A DNA stretch of 64,000 nt from Chthonomonadales bacterium (GCA_037443035.1 JBBIPC010000001.1:1-64000), one strand, 5' to 3'. Numbered from the stretch's first letter, positions 46,561 through 57,652 are shown. A program made the numbers and translations. Notes: generated from the letters alone by a model not told the origin.

Positions 46561-48180
46561 TCACCATCCGGCGCAGTGGCCATCGCAGCGAGGATCCGAA
46601 CCGCCCATGTAAGCGCCTGTTGCCGGGTCCACGGCAATTAGCTGGTACGAGCTCCCGTGGTTCCATGGTCCGATGACCATCACGGGATGTCCCATGGCTT
46701 GCAGCTTCCGCAACGTTTCTGGTGAGAATCGTGACTCCAGTTGGAGCACCAGACCTCGACTGTCAGGAGCGGGTACGTGCTGCCAGCGTGGTGCTTCGAC
46801 AGCTTGCTGCACGTCCATGCCGAAGTCCACTAGGGACGTTATGACCTGGAGATTGCTCTGCACCTGCACGTCCCCTCCTGGGGTCCCGCCCACGTAGCGG
46901 AGGCGTTCGTCGTCCGTGATGAGATAGGCGTTCAATGTATGCATGGGCCGTTTACCAGGTGCGAGACAGTTGGGACTGGAGGGGTCGAGATGGAAACCGA
47001 GCATACGGTTGTTGAAGAGGACTCCTGTGGCGGGGTCCACCATTCCACAACCGAAGGCGTGGTAGACGCTCTGGATGAAGCTCACGGCGCTGCCGGAATC
47101 ATCCGCAACGCAGAAGTACGTAGTGTCGCTGGAGGATTCCGGAGCTGACCCATGTGGCATGGCCCTATCCAGCGCTATGTGGCGCCTGCGGTTTGCCGCG
47201 TGCTCCTTGCTGATCAACTCGGCCGTGGGCGCAGGCACGTAACGGGGATCACCCATGAACCTGACACGGTCTTCGAACGCGAGTTTCTTGGCCTCGACCA
47301 TGAGGTGAATGGTGGCCGGCGCGCCGAAACCCCAGGCGGCGATATCGTAGCCTTCTACAATGTTCAGCTCTTCTAGCAGGATGAGCCCCTGGGATACCGG
47401 CGGCTGTCCGCGGACGGTGAGACCGCGATAGGTAGTGGTGATGGGAAGCAGAACTTCAGTTTGGTGGGCTGCTAAGTCCTCCAGGCTGAAGAGACCGCCG
47501 CGCGCAGACGCGAATTCCACTAGCTTGCAGGCTATATCGCCCTCGTAGAATGCCTCACGACCCCCGTCGGATATTGCTGCGAGTGTCCTGGAGAGTGCTG
47601 GCTGCCGAATCATTTCTCCAGGCAGCGGCGGATGGTCCAAGCCAGTCAGGACCGGCAGTGCACTGAGGAACCATTCGCTGCGCGTGGCCGCGTGCGCCTG
47701 GAAGACAGAAGCGTAGCGATTGCCTGCAGGGAATCCTTCCGACGCGTAAACAATAGCCTTCTGCAGCAACCGCTTCATGGGCAGACGTCCGCCGTGCCGA
47801 TGCAGTGTGAACCAGCAGTCAACGAGCCCCGGCACTGTAGCCGCGCGCAGACCTCGTACCGGTATGCCATCCGAGAACTCGTCTCGTGTCGCCCTAGCTG
47901 GTGCAGCGCCCGATCCGTTGAAAGCAAGGCTGGATCTGCTGGCTCCGTGGTAGTAGATGACGAACGCATCACCCCCAAGGTGGCTGTTGTAGGGTTCGGT
48001 CACGGCAAGGGTGGCCGAGGTGGCGATGGCTGCATCCACACACGAACCTCCCTCCATCAGTATCTCGAGACCGGCGGAGACCGCTAGGGGCTGGGATGCT
48101 GCCAAGATGCCGCGCTTGGCGATGACGATACCTCGGTGCTTCGAACCATCCCAGGTGCCGGTTGACCTCGGTGCTGTCAT
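46561..48180 (-). CDS. ggt: Gamma-glutamyltransferase family protein
   Basis: GG.CVDAAIA, LGGDAF, DTTYFCVAD nucleophile Thr, PGKRPMHTL, GTPGG, SDPR.DG. Confidence 0.92.
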   Translation of the reverse strand: MTAPRSTGTWDGSKHRGIVIAKRGILAASQPLAVSAGLEILMEGGSCVDAAIATSATLAVTEPYNSHLGGDAFVIYYHGASRSSLAFNGSGAAPARATRDEFSDGIPVRGLRAATVPGLVDCWFTLHRHGGRLPMKRLLQKAIVYASEGFPAGNRYASVFQAHAATRSEWFLSALPVLTGLDHPPLPGEMIRQPALSRTLAAISDGGREAFYEGDIACKLVEFASARGGLFSLEDLAAHQTEVLLPITTTYRGLTVRGQPPVSQGLILLEELNIVEGYDIAAWGFGAPATIHLMVEAKKLAFEDRVRFMGDPRYVPAPTAELISKEHAANRRRHIALDRAMPHGSAPESSSDTTYFCVADDSGSAVSFIQSVYHAFGCGMVDPATGVLFNNRMLGFHLDPSSPNCLAPGKRPMHTLNAYLITDDERLRYVGGTPGGDVQVQSNLQVITSLVDFGMDVQQAVEAPRWQHVPAPDSRGLVLQLESRFSPETLRKLQAMGHPVMVIGPWNHGSSYQLIAVDPATGAYMGGSDPRCDGHCAGW

Positions 48181-48262
48181 GCTTGTCCTCCGTTGACGGT
48201 CGGCGCAGGTACGCTGTCCAGCATCATACCAAAGAGAATCCGCGAAACGGGCGCCAAAGCAC

Positions 48263-48291
48263 TTGACATTCGTGCGATCGTCGAATATATT
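48263..48291 (+). promoter_or_regulatory. sigma70-type promoter for sigH
   Basis: TTGACA, 17-nt spacer, TATATT. Confidence 0.72.
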
Positions 48292-48371
48292 ACTGCCACA
48301 ACAAGGCGGGATGGCGAGCATGGCATCGCCCGTATCGCCAGGACCCGCTCACGCACACCAGGAGCCATAGC

Positions 48372-49025
48372 ATGGTGACGTGTTGTCAAGACATGGCCTC
48401 GCGATACCCGCAGATGACTGACGAAGAAATCATCGTGTACGCGAGGGCCGGTCATTCTAGCGCTGTTGACTACCTCATCTCTAAGTACCGCCACCTCGTT
48501 GAGAGCAAAGCCCGCACCTACTTCCTCGCGGGTGCGGACACCGATGACGTTATCCAGGAAGGCATGATCGGCCTTTTCAAGGCGATTCGGGACTACCGGA
48601 CTGACCGACTTGCGCGCTTCCGAGCCTTCGCGGATTTGTGTGTGACAAGGCAGATCATCACTGCGGTGAAGTCGGCGACCAGGCAGAAGCACATACCGCT
48701 GAACGGGTACGTATCTCTCAATGCCGGTACCACGGACCTGGACTCGGAGACGTCCCTGATCGACACCATACCGGATGAGCACGTAGAAGACCCCGCAGTG
48801 GCCGTCACACGGGAGCGAGACAGGGCTGATTTCTACCGCCAGGTCTATCAGATGCTATCTGGGTTAGAGGCGGAAGTTCTCGATTACTATCTCGAGGGAC
48901 GCTCCTATAGGGAGATGTCCGAAAGGCTGCATTGCGGGACCAAACGCATCGACAACGCGCTCCAACGTGTGAAGCGCAAGATAGCACACCTGCAAGTCTC
49001 GCTCAACAACCGCAGTTTCTGCTAG
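48372..49025 (+). CDS. sigH: SigH (Spo0H)-like RNA polymerase sigma factor
   Basis: YFLAGAD..DVIQEGMIGLFKAIRDY, FADLCVTRQIITAVKSATRQKHIPLN, IDNALQRVKRK. Confidence 0.92.
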   Translation: MVTCCQDMASRYPQMTDEEIIVYARAGHSSAVDYLISKYRHLVESKARTYFLAGADTDDVIQEGMIGLFKAIRDYRTDRLARFRAFADLCVTRQIITAVKSATRQKHIPLNGYVSLNAGTTDLDSETSLIDTIPDEHVEDPAVAVTRERDRADFYRQVYQMLSGLEAEVLDYYLEGRSYREMSERLHCGTKRIDNALQRVKRKIAHLQVSLNNRSFC

Positions 49026-49037
49026 AGTCTTCCACTG

Positions 49038-49110
49038 GCCTCAGTAGCTCAGTTGGTAGAGCAACGCTCTTGTAAAGCGAAGGTCAGCGGTTCGAGTCCG
49101 CTCTGAGGCT
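49038..49110 (+). tRNA. tRNA-Thr (TGT)
   Basis: GCCTCAGTAGCTCAGTTGGTAGAGCAACGCTCTTGTAAAGCGAAGGTCAGCGGTTCGAGTCCGCTCTGAGGCT. Confidence 0.95.
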
Positions 49111-50268
49111 TCAATCCAGCGCAGCCATGAGGGTGGCGGCTACACTGTCTGCTAGCAGCAGCCCCTTGCGCGTTAGCCGAAGGTGTCCAGCAGCCGGTTC
49201 CATGAGACCCTGTGCGACGAGGCGCTCCATGGCGGGCTTCACACGACCGATCAGCTCAGCGCCGTACCGCTCCTCCAGTCTTCCGAGGTCGAGCCCTTCC
49301 CGGAGACGGCTGGCGAGCATCAGCGTTTCACCCAATGACTGGGCGGCTTCTAGTTGCTCCGAAGCGGCGACAACGGAACGGCCGGAACGGACTCGTTCGA
49401 TGAAGACCCGCGGATCGCGCACGGATGTGTACCGGATACCGTCCACGTAGCTTGTTGCCGCCGCCCCGAATCCGAGATACGGAAGGTTGTGCCAATACAC
49501 GAGGTTGTGACGGCACTGATGACCTGGCCTGGCGTAGTTCGAAATCTCGTACTGCTCTAAGCCCAAGCTTGCCAGCACGTCCGAGGTCGCCTCGTACATA
49601 GCCGCAGCGAGATCCTCGGCTACAGGAGCCAGATGACCTTCCCCGATCATTCGTGCAAACGGCGTGTCGTGCTCCACGGTCAGGCAGTAAGCCGAGACAT
49701 GATCCGCGCCAAGCGCAACAACCTCTCGAAGATGGGACACCCAAGTCTCGAGAGACTGACCAGGGACGGCGAACATGAGGTCGGCGCTGACGCTGGCGAA
49801 GCCAACACGGCGCGCCGCCAGCAAGGAAGCCCGTGCCTCCTCCGCCGTATGGAGACGGCCTAGGATGTGAAGAGAGGCATCGTCCAGGGCTTGAATCCCC
49901 AGCGATATGCGGGTGAAGCCACACGCACGCAGCCGCTCGACTGCGAACGCCGAAGCGCTCGCCGGGTTAGCCTCGACGGAGATCTCGGCGGCTGACGAGA
50001 CCCGGAAGCTCTTGGCGAGAGCGTCGAGAATCTTTCGAAGACTGTCCGCCGGTACGTACGACGGGGTGCCGCCGCCGAAGTAGATAGTTTCGATTGCAGT
50101 ACCAGACCACGGACAGGAGTGGATCTGGCAGATCACGGCTTCGACATAGTCCGGAATGTCGCCCTCACGGCCAGCATAGGTGGGGAAGTCACAATAGGGG
50201 CAGCGGCGCTCGCAGAATGGCAGATGCACGTATATAGCCGTCGGTGCGGGGCACGTCGGCGCCTGCAT
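49111..50268 (-). CDS. hemW: Radical SAM heme chaperone HemW
   Basis: YVHLPFCERRCPYCDF, YFGGGTPS, YEISNYA, HNLVYW. Confidence 0.92.
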   Translation of the reverse strand: MQAPTCPAPTAIYVHLPFCERRCPYCDFPTYAGREGDIPDYVEAVICQIHSCPWSGTAIETIYFGGGTPSYVPADSLRKILDALAKSFRVSSAAEISVEANPASASAFAVERLRACGFTRISLGIQALDDASLHILGRLHTAEEARASLLAARRVGFASVSADLMFAVPGQSLETWVSHLREVVALGADHVSAYCLTVEHDTPFARMIGEGHLAPVAEDLAAAMYEATSDVLASLGLEQYEISNYARPGHQCRHNLVYWHNLPYLGFGAAATSYVDGIRYTSVRDPRVFIERVRSGRSVVAASEQLEAAQSLGETLMLASRLREGLDLGRLEERYGAELIGRVKPAMERLVAQGLMEPAAGHLRLTRKGLLLADSVAATLMAALD

Positions 50269-50415
50269 TGCAGATCGGACTCCTGTCGGTGGCGTAGCTG
50301 GTTGTGTCTTGCCGGCGTTGAAGAGCCATGAGATGCCGAGCGCTGTCAGAACGAATCTGCCTAGGTATACTCTCGTTGGCGGTGCATCACGGACTTCGTG
50401 CGGCTGCCGTCTCCC

Positions 50416-51486
50416 ATGTCACTCTCACGCTTATCCATACTGTACCGCGCGGACGGCGGCCATACGGTCGGCACTGGACACCTGCTGCGGGCTTCGAGAG
50501 TCCTTCGCGCGCTGTCTTCGCTCACGACGCTCGACGCGATACTCGCGGTAGGTGATGATCCTGATGGCCTGTCGTACGCCTACGCCGCCGGAGTTCCTGT
50601 GCTGACCTTGCCGAGCATCTCCCGATTTGGCGTCAAGCCGGTGTTCGAACCTGCGACTCTTCTCGACGCAGTGGATCCAGGCTCGTACGACGTGGTAGTC
50701 GTGGACATGCTGGACACACCTGAAGGTTCGCTGGAGTCGATAGCCGCTCGTGGCTGCGTGGTCATAACGATGGACGATCGGGGTCCTGGTCGAACAGGGG
50801 CCGATGCGATCATCAGCTTTCTAGTGCGCGAACCCGACCCATCGGTACTCCCTCCTCACATCAGATTGTACGAGGGACCGGAGTATGCGACACTGGATGA
50901 ATCGTATGCCCTTGATGGCGCGCAACGTCCTATTGCCCCGTATGGTCAGAATAGTGTGCTCGTGACACTTGGCGGCGCGGATGCGGCCGGGCTCAGTCTG
51001 CGGGTGGCGCGTGCGCTCCGTCGGGTCCAGGGTATTCAGCGAGTGGAGTTCGTCTGCGGGAATGCGTACCGCCACATGCCGGAGCTAGAACGTATCGTTG
51101 CGGCTGCCCCCTGGCAGAGCGTGATCTCCGTCGGTCTTCCATCGCTGAAGCCTGCTTTTCTCCGGTCCGATCTTGCCATCGTAGCGGGCGGCCTCACCAT
51201 GCATGAAGCGTGTTGCACGGGTACGCCGGCTGTAGCCGTCTGCCAGCCCATTGACCATCAGATCGAGTTGGCTGGGTGGTTCGAGGATCTCGGCGCTATG
51301 CGGGCGGTCGGCGACGGTACGACGGCGGACGATGCCGATATCGCAGAGGTAGTTCAAGAACTCCTTGGAGATGAAGCAGCAAGGGGGAGAATGAGCAGGA
51401 TCGGTCCGCAGCTTGTGGATGGACGCGGCACCGAACGTACTGCACGAGCCATTCTCGAAGTCGCCGATTCTCGGCGAAGGAGGTAG
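50416..51486 (+). CDS. PseG/SpsG-like GT-B fold nucleotide-sugar hydrolase/glycosyltransferase
   Basis: RADGGHTVGTGHLLR, VLVTLGGAD, DLAIVAGGLTMHE..C.GTP, LVDGRG. Confidence 0.8.
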   Translation: MSLSRLSILYRADGGHTVGTGHLLRASRVLRALSSLTTLDAILAVGDDPDGLSYAYAAGVPVLTLPSISRFGVKPVFEPATLLDAVDPGSYDVVVVDMLDTPEGSLESIAARGCVVITMDDRGPGRTGADAIISFLVREPDPSVLPPHIRLYEGPEYATLDESYALDGAQRPIAPYGQNSVLVTLGGADAAGLSLRVARALRRVQGIQRVEFVCGNAYRHMPELERIVAAAPWQSVISVGLPSLKPAFLRSDLAIVAGGLTMHEACCTGTPAVAVCQPIDHQIELAGWFEDLGAMRAVGDGTTADDADIAEVVQELLGDEAARGRMSRIGPQLVDGRGTERTARAILEVADSRRRR

Positions 51487-51490
51487 GAAC

Positions 51491-53005
51491 ATGCAGGATC
51501 TCGAGGCGAGTCTTCTTGAGCTCATTGTGGAGGCGTCGACGAATATGCCGGCGGATGTGCGAGAGGCTGTGCAGCGCTGGCGCGACAGCGAAGATGCCAA
51601 GACGCTCTCTGGAACGGCGGTCGGCATCATCTGCGCCAACACAGACATGGCGCGTTCGAACCGCGTCCCTCTGTGTCAGGACACGGGCATGTTGACCTTC
51701 TGGGTGACGTGTCCTCGCGGTGCCGACTACAAGAGGATCACTACTGCTATCCACGAGGCTGTTGCGACCGCCACTCGCATGGGTGTCTTGCGACCCAACT
51801 CCGTAGATAGCCTCACCGGAAAGAACGCAGGCCTGAACCTCGGGCCGGGCACGCCGGTCATCCACTTCGAGCAGCACGCGGAAGATGCTCTGGACGTCAT
51901 GCTCTTGTTGAAGGGTGGCGGCTGCGAGAATCAGAATGCCCAATACAGCCTTCCGTGCGAGCTACCGATCCTCGGTCGGGCAGACCGGGACCTGGAAGGC
52001 GTCTACAAGTGCATGATGCATGCGGTCCATCGGGCTCAGGGGCACGGGTGCAGCGCAGGCTTTCTCGGCGTCTGTGTTGGTAGTGACCGAGCGGAGGGAT
52101 ACGCGCACGCGAAGAGGCAACTGCTTCGGCCGGTGGACGACACGAATCTTATACCAGAGCTGGCTAAGCTGGAGTCACGAGTAATGGAGGACGCCAACAA
52201 GCTCCAGATCGGAACCATGGGCTTCGGCGGAAAGGTAACCCTGCTCGGATGCAAGATCGGAGCACTGAATCGCATTCCGGCCAGCTTCTTCGTTTCTGTC
52301 GCCTACAACTGCTGGGCGTATCGGCGAATCGGTGTACGACTGGATCCGTTCACGGGAGCCATCCGTGCGTGGCGGTTCAGGGCAGAAGATCCCGTGAACC
52401 TGGCTCTCGAGACTGCCGGACTGCCCGAAGACAGGGTAAAGCGCCTTTCGACGCCGCTGCGGCGAGAGGACGTGATGTCCCTGCGGGTGGGCGACTTAGT
52501 GCTCTTGAGCGGCCTGGTGCACACCGGCCGTGACGGTCTCCACAAGTATTTGACACAGTATGAGTCGCCGGTATCACTGGAAGGCGGACTTATCTATCAT
52601 TGCGGACCCGTGGTCATCAAGGACGCTTCTGGCGCATGGACGGTGAAGGCTGCAGGACCCACGACGTCCATTCGTGAGGAACCCTACCAGGCCGAGGTGT
52701 TGAGGCGAACAGGCGCGAGAGCCGTGGCCGGAAAGGGCGGCATGGGAGCAAGGACCTTGGAGGCCCTAAAGGAGGTCGGAGCAGTCTACCTGAATGCGAT
52801 CGGCGGTGCTGCTGCCTACTATGCCCAGACTGTGGAGGCAGTGGAGGGGGTGGACTTGCTAGAGGAGTTGGGTGTTCCGGAGGCCATGTGGCACCTGAGA
52901 GTGCGGGATTTCCCCGCCGTCGTCACCATGGATGCCCACGGCAATAGCCTCCATGCGGACGTCGCGGCTGCGTCAGGCGATCGTCTGCGTACTGTCATTC
53001 AGTAG
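51491..53005 (+). CDS. Class I Fe-S fumarate hydratase (single chain)
   Basis: PLCQDTG, KGGGCEN, GRDGLH, YHCGPV, AGPTTSIR, GKGG. Confidence 0.92.
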   Translation: MQDLEASLLELIVEASTNMPADVREAVQRWRDSEDAKTLSGTAVGIICANTDMARSNRVPLCQDTGMLTFWVTCPRGADYKRITTAIHEAVATATRMGVLRPNSVDSLTGKNAGLNLGPGTPVIHFEQHAEDALDVMLLLKGGGCENQNAQYSLPCELPILGRADRDLEGVYKCMMHAVHRAQGHGCSAGFLGVCVGSDRAEGYAHAKRQLLRPVDDTNLIPELAKLESRVMEDANKLQIGTMGFGGKVTLLGCKIGALNRIPASFFVSVAYNCWAYRRIGVRLDPFTGAIRAWRFRAEDPVNLALETAGLPEDRVKRLSTPLRREDVMSLRVGDLVLLSGLVHTGRDGLHKYLTQYESPVSLEGGLIYHCGPVVIKDASGAWTVKAAGPTTSIREEPYQAEVLRRTGARAVAGKGGMGARTLEALKEVGAVYLNAIGGAAAYYAQTVEAVEGVDLLEELGVPEAMWHLRVRDFPAVVTMDAHGNSLHADVAAASGDRLRTVIQ

Positions 53006-53022
53006 AAGCGTCCCACACCGCC

Positions 53023-54261
53023 ATGTCGGCGAAGCACTTCGCTCTGCTGACGTTGGGAGTAGGGCTCGTCTTGGCATCCATGCAGTGCCGGCGCCCCACG
53101 AGTCCTGGCCCACGGGGTGAAGCATGGCCTAACGATGACCGGCGAGTCGTGGACTTCGGACCAAGATACTCCCATGATGGCCGCAAGATCGCGTTCCTCC
53201 GCCGCGTGTCAAGGCGCATCCAGCTTTGGGTTGCGGACGCCAACCTACGCAAGTACGAAGTCGTGGCCGAAGCCGGTGAGGTCAATCCCGATGTGGACCT
53301 GCGCACCGGTGTTGGTGGATGGACAGGTGACGAGGCGCCGAGATGGGCGCCGGACGACCGGACCATCCTCTACCCACAGTGCCGATGGCTCAACAGGCAA
53401 GACGGCGAGCGCGTGCCAGGAACCGAGCTCTGGAAGTTCGATCTAGTGGCACGGCGGACCGGGCCGGCTCTTATCCACGAGGATTCCGAGAACGATGAGA
53501 CCAAGCACCAAGCCTACTACCTCCGTTCGCCGGCTATGCGCGCCGACGGTCGATATCTGGCCGCGATAGCAGAAGGCACATACGGTCGGCGTTGGCTCGT
53601 CCTGCGACCAGACGGCGCGGCCATCGTGGGGCTCGCGTTGCCGGATCGCTATCAGGACACAGACTGGCCGTGCTGGTCTCCCCGTGACGGGAAGATTGCC
53701 TATGCCCAAGGGATCCTGCGCGACATGACCGCGGATCGGGTCGCTGTGGTTCGGATGAGCGAGCCGGGCGGCAGGGATTCACGACAAGTGGTGAAGGTCA
53801 CGGCCAGCTCATACCGCAGCATTTGCGCATTGGACGTGGCGGCGCATGGCGGTACACCGATAGACGTGCGCATAGTGGGTCTCGCCTGGTCCTACGACGG
53901 AGAAGCACTCTACTTCTCGATGACGCCGGACGCTTCGGACCAGTCCCGCTACTCCGTTTGGAGGTCTGCCCTAGCCAATGACGCGACACCCGTGCGTGTG
54001 TCGCCGGTGGATGATGCCGGTTACCTGGCGCCGCATCCGTTTGCCGACGGTCGTGTGGGCGTTCTGCGCGTTCGTGGACGGCGGCTGCAAGCCGTAGTGC
54101 TGGATACGGCGCAAACGATCACACACGCCGCCGACTTGCCCTCGGACGACTTCGATTGGGCCCCAGATGGCCGCCATGTTGTGACCGCTGGCATCGCTAC
54201 GGACGCCAGCGGTCTGGGCCTCACGGTGCTAAGGGTGCATCCGGTCAAGAGGAAAGAGTAG
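53023..54261 (+). CDS. Exported TolB-like/PD40 beta-propeller protein
   Basis: Repeats PRYSHDGRKIAF, PRWAPDDR, PCWSPRDGKIAY, AWSYDG, DWAPDGR; signal-peptide-like N-terminus. Confidence 0.78.
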   Translation: MSAKHFALLTLGVGLVLASMQCRRPTSPGPRGEAWPNDDRRVVDFGPRYSHDGRKIAFLRRVSRRIQLWVADANLRKYEVVAEAGEVNPDVDLRTGVGGWTGDEAPRWAPDDRTILYPQCRWLNRQDGERVPGTELWKFDLVARRTGPALIHEDSENDETKHQAYYLRSPAMRADGRYLAAIAEGTYGRRWLVLRPDGAAIVGLALPDRYQDTDWPCWSPRDGKIAYAQGILRDMTADRVAVVRMSEPGGRDSRQVVKVTASSYRSICALDVAAHGGTPIDVRIVGLAWSYDGEALYFSMTPDASDQSRYSVWRSALANDATPVRVSPVDDAGYLAPHPFADGRVGVLRVRGRRLQAVVLDTAQTITHAADLPSDDFDWAPDGRHVVTAGIATDASGLGLTVLRVHPVKRKE

Positions 54262-54277
54262 CGAAAGCTTTTGCTGG

Positions 54278-56188
54278 TCAGTCCGGAATGCTCTCGTCGG
54301 GGCTGTCGGGCACGGCGGCAACTTCGCCTTCTGGTAGTGCCTTGCTCGTGCCAATGATGGCAACGAACTCGTCACGTTCGATGCATTCCCGCTCCATGAG
54401 ATGTGCGACGAGTCGCTCCAGGGCGTCACGGTTGTTCGCAAGTATCTCAGTAGCACGGTCGAAGTTACGCTCGACGATGGAGCGCACCTCCGCGTCTATG
54501 AGCTGCGCTACTTCTTCCGAGTAATCTCGGTCTTCCATAATGTCGCGGCCTAGGAAGGGATTGCCGTGACGGCGACCAAGGCGGAGGGGGCCGAGCTTCG
54601 GACTCATACCGTATTCGCAAACCATAGCTCGAGCGACATCCGTGGCACGGTCGAGGTCGTTCGCAGCGCCCGTGTCCATATCGCCGAAGACGAGCAGCTC
54701 TGCCGCGCGGCCAGCTACCAGGACGGCGATAAGCGCTTCCAGCTCCGACTGGGTACGTGTATACCGATCCTCGGTAGGCAGGGAGATAGTGTAACCCAAC
54801 GCCATGCCTCGCGGAAGGATGCTGACCTTGTTGACCGGGTCGGCTTCAGCGATCATCTCACCGACGATGGCATGACCCGCCTCGTGATATGCCGTCCGGC
54901 GCCTTGTTTCCGGAGTGAGTACTCGGCTCTTCCGCTCGGGACCCATGATCACCCGGTCAATAGACTCCTCGAACTCTGCCATGGTGATGACTTGCTTGTT
55001 ACGGCGGGCTGCAAGCAGAGCAGCTTCGTTTACAAGGTTGGCGATGTCTGCGCCCGTGAAGCCAGGAGTACGCTGGGCTAGCAGCTCGATGGCCTTCTCG
55101 CGTTGAGCCTCGTTGCTATTGAACTCCAGCGGCTTGTTCCTGAGATGGACTCGGAAAATCTCGCGACGTCCGCGAACGTCCGGAGCATCTACCACGACAC
55201 GCCTATCGAATCGACCGGGTCGCAAGAGAGCTGGGTCCAGAATATCTGGTCGGTTCGTTGCCGCGATCAGGATGACGCCCGCGTTCGGATCGAAGCCGTC
55301 CATCTCGACGAGAAGCTGATTCAGCGTCTGTTCTCGTTCATCATGGCCACCGCCCAAGCCGGCGCCTCGCTGTCGGCCCACGGCGTCGATCTCGTCTATG
55401 AAGATCAGGGATGGCCGATGAGTCTTGGCGGTCTCGAACAGGTCGCGAACGCGGCTCGCACCGACCCCGACGAACATCTCCACGAAGTCGGAGCCAGAGA
55501 TGTGGAAGAACGGCACTCCCGCTTCGCCTGCAATAGCTCGTGCCAACATGGTCTTGCCGCATCCAGGCGGCCCCAAAAGGAGCACGCCTTTGGGGATCTT
55601 GGCCCCTAGGGCGATGAACTTCTTCGAGTCCTTCAGAAACTCGACGATCTCTGCCAGTTCAGCTTTCGCTTCGTCCACGCCCGCTACATCCTCGAAAGTG
55701 ATCTTCGGCACAGCGTCCGAAAGCCGTTTGGCGCGAGAGCGGCCGAAGGATAACGCCTGATTGCCACCTGCCTGGGCTTGACGGAGGAACAGGAACCAGA
55801 GAAAACCGATGAACACCAGCGGCACTACAACCGTGAACAGAATGCTTGTGGTCACATCGGACAACCACGGTCGTGTGTACTCGAACGGAACCTTGTTTCG
55901 GAGTAGGAGCTCCTCCAGGCGGCTCTGGGCGTCTGGTGAGGGAGGAAGGTTGACGGTGAAGGTGTCGGACGTGAACGCCGGCGGGCGCTGAATGTACTCT
56001 CCCTCGAATGTGTCTCGCGAGAGCTTGCCGCGCCGCACGTTATGTGCCTCGATTTGCTCGACGAATAGCGAATAGGATATGGGCCGGCTCGCCTCGCCCA
56101 GACCCCCGATGTTCCGTTTCTGAAAGATGAACAGGAGCAGGGCCAGGCCGGCGGCGGTCAGGATGAGCTTCAGAGCTCTGTTATTCAC
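54278..56188 (-). CDS. ftsH: ATP-dependent zinc metalloprotease FtsH
   Basis: Two TM segments, [41 protein letters not shown]. Confidence 0.98.
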   Translation of the reverse strand: MNNRALKLILTAAGLALLLFIFQKRNIGGLGEASRPISYSLFVEQIEAHNVRRGKLSRDTFEGEYIQRPPAFTSDTFTVNLPPSPDAQSRLEELLLRNKVPFEYTRPWLSDVTTSILFTVVVPLVFIGFLWFLFLRQAQAGGNQALSFGRSRAKRLSDAVPKITFEDVAGVDEAKAELAEIVEFLKDSKKFIALGAKIPKGVLLLGPPGCGKTMLARAIAGEAGVPFFHISGSDFVEMFVGVGASRVRDLFETAKTHRPSLIFIDEIDAVGRQRGAGLGGGHDEREQTLNQLLVEMDGFDPNAGVILIAATNRPDILDPALLRPGRFDRRVVVDAPDVRGRREIFRVHLRNKPLEFNSNEAQREKAIELLAQRTPGFTGADIANLVNEAALLAARRNKQVITMAEFEESIDRVIMGPERKSRVLTPETRRRTAYHEAGHAIVGEMIAEADPVNKVSILPRGMALGYTISLPTEDRYTRTQSELEALIAVLVAGRAAELLVFGDMDTGAANDLDRATDVARAMVCEYGMSPKLGPLRLGRRHGNPFLGRDIMEDRDYSEEVAQLIDAEVRSIVERNFDRATEILANNRDALERLVAHLMERECIERDEFVAIIGTSKALPEGEVAAVPDSPDESIPD

Positions 56189-56251
56189 GAATTAGCCTCC
56201 GGATGCCGCCGATGCGGCAATCTAAGTATGACATACGCAGGCAGAGGGTTA

Positions 56252-57652
56252 TTACTCACAAGTCGGGGTGCAACGTATCTCTAGGCAGGGGCACGGCGTT
56301 GCCTGTATCCGCACCCGTTCATCGGCTACGACGCCGGGTACCCAGAGGATGCCAACTGCATCTGAAAGTACGGGGATACGCTGACGCTGACGGCGCGGCA
56401 CCTTGCGATCCGTGAAGCAGTCGGCGAGCGTCTTCGATCCAGCTAGCCCCAACGGTCGCACACGGTCGCCAGTCCTCGCGTTGCGTATGACAAGCGGTGG
56501 AACGACCGCGAGCTCCGGTACGACGAGGCAGTCAGGAGCGACCGAGTCCGGCGGACGCGTGAGCTGGATCCGCTTGGCGGTCACAGTGACGCCTGCCATG
56601 GGAACCCGGGCTTCCCCTGGGACGGTCAGCGGCAAGGAGAAGTCAGATGCTGCTTCCGGAGGTCGAGAGACTTCGATGCTGTTTCCGAGTTTGATCACGG
56701 TTCGACCGCTGGGGAGGGTCCAGGACGCTGTGCAGCACCCTGGGGTATCTGCTTGGCTGACGACGCCATCCACGATGCTCCAATGCAAGTCGGTCAGGTC
56801 TCCTCGGATGTGGGCAACCATGGCACGAATGACCCGTCTTCGGAGAGCCCTCGGCAAGGCGTTGAAGTCGTTCCGCGCAATGGAGATCGCCTCCGCAGAT
56901 GCTTCTCGCGTGAGCTGTCGCAAGGCATCCTGGGTCAGGCTATCGAGATAGTCGGACTCTTCTTCTGCATTCTCAGCCAGTCGCACCAGGGCTTCTCGCA
57001 CGCGGGGGTTGAAGTACGCTGCAAGGTAAGGCAGGAACTCCGTGCGGACTCGATTGCGCCGGAAGCGTAGGTCCCGGTTGTGGCGGTCTACACGCGGCGA
57101 TAGCCCTATAGCGCGGCAGTACTGGCCCGTCATGGCGCGTGACACGAAGAGCAGTGGACGAACAATCGGTCCATCGTGCACACGCATTGCGCTGAGGCCG
57201 CGCACGCCCGTCCCCCGCACCATGTTGAGGAGCACCGTCTCCGCACGGTCGTCGGCTGTGTGGGCCAGGGCGATCCTTGCATTGCCAAGCGTGCCGGCAA
57301 CTTCCTGCAGCGCTGACCGTCGTAGCTGCCGCGCCGCAGCTTCTAGCGACAAACCAGCTTCTGCCGCGACTGCTGGCGCGTCGCAACGCACGACGGTAAG
57401 CGGCACGCCGAGTTCCGAGCAGTGTCGCTCGACAAACGCCAGGTCATCATCAGCCTCTGTGCCGCGAATGCCATGATGGACATGGCAAGCAAAGAGCTCG
57501 AATTCTAGCTCGTCACGCAGCGCGTGGAGGCAATGTAGCAGAGCCAGCGAGTCTTGGCCTCCAGATACCGCCGCGAGCACATTGGCACCGCGCGGCAGCA
57601 ATCTGTAGCGTGTCACAGTATCTCGAACCAACTTGGGAAGGTCATGGCACAT
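56252..57652 (-). CDS. tilS: tRNA(Ile)-lysidine synthetase
   Basis: AVSGGQDS, AHTADDRAET, RPLL, RNRVR; upstream of ftsH. Confidence 0.95.
   Translation of the reverse strand: MCHDLPKLVRDTVTRYRLLPRGANVLAAVSGGQDSLALLHCLHALRDELEFELFACHVHHGIRGTEADDDLAFVERHCSELGVPLTVVRCDAPAVAAEAGLSLEAAARQLRRSALQEVAGTLGNARIALAHTADDRAETVLLNMVRGTGVRGLSAMRVHDGPIVRPLLFVSRAMTGQYCRAIGLSPRVDRHNRDLRFRRNRVRTEFLPYLAAYFNPRVREALVRLAENAEEESDYLDSLTQDALRQLTREASAEAISIARNDFNALPRALRRRVIRAMVAHIRGDLTDLHWSIVDGVVSQADTPGCCTASWTLPSGRTVIKLGNSIEVSRPPEAASDFSLPLTVPGEARVPMAGVTVTAKRIQLTRPPDSVAPDCLVVPELAVVPPLVIRNARTGDRVRPLGLAGSKTLADCFTDRKVPRRQRQRIPVLSDAVGILWVPGVVADERVRIQATPCPCLEIRCTPTCE

Noticed and set aside
54278..57652. tilS-ftsH without intervening hpt
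   Set aside because: A common variant of the gene order; not notable.
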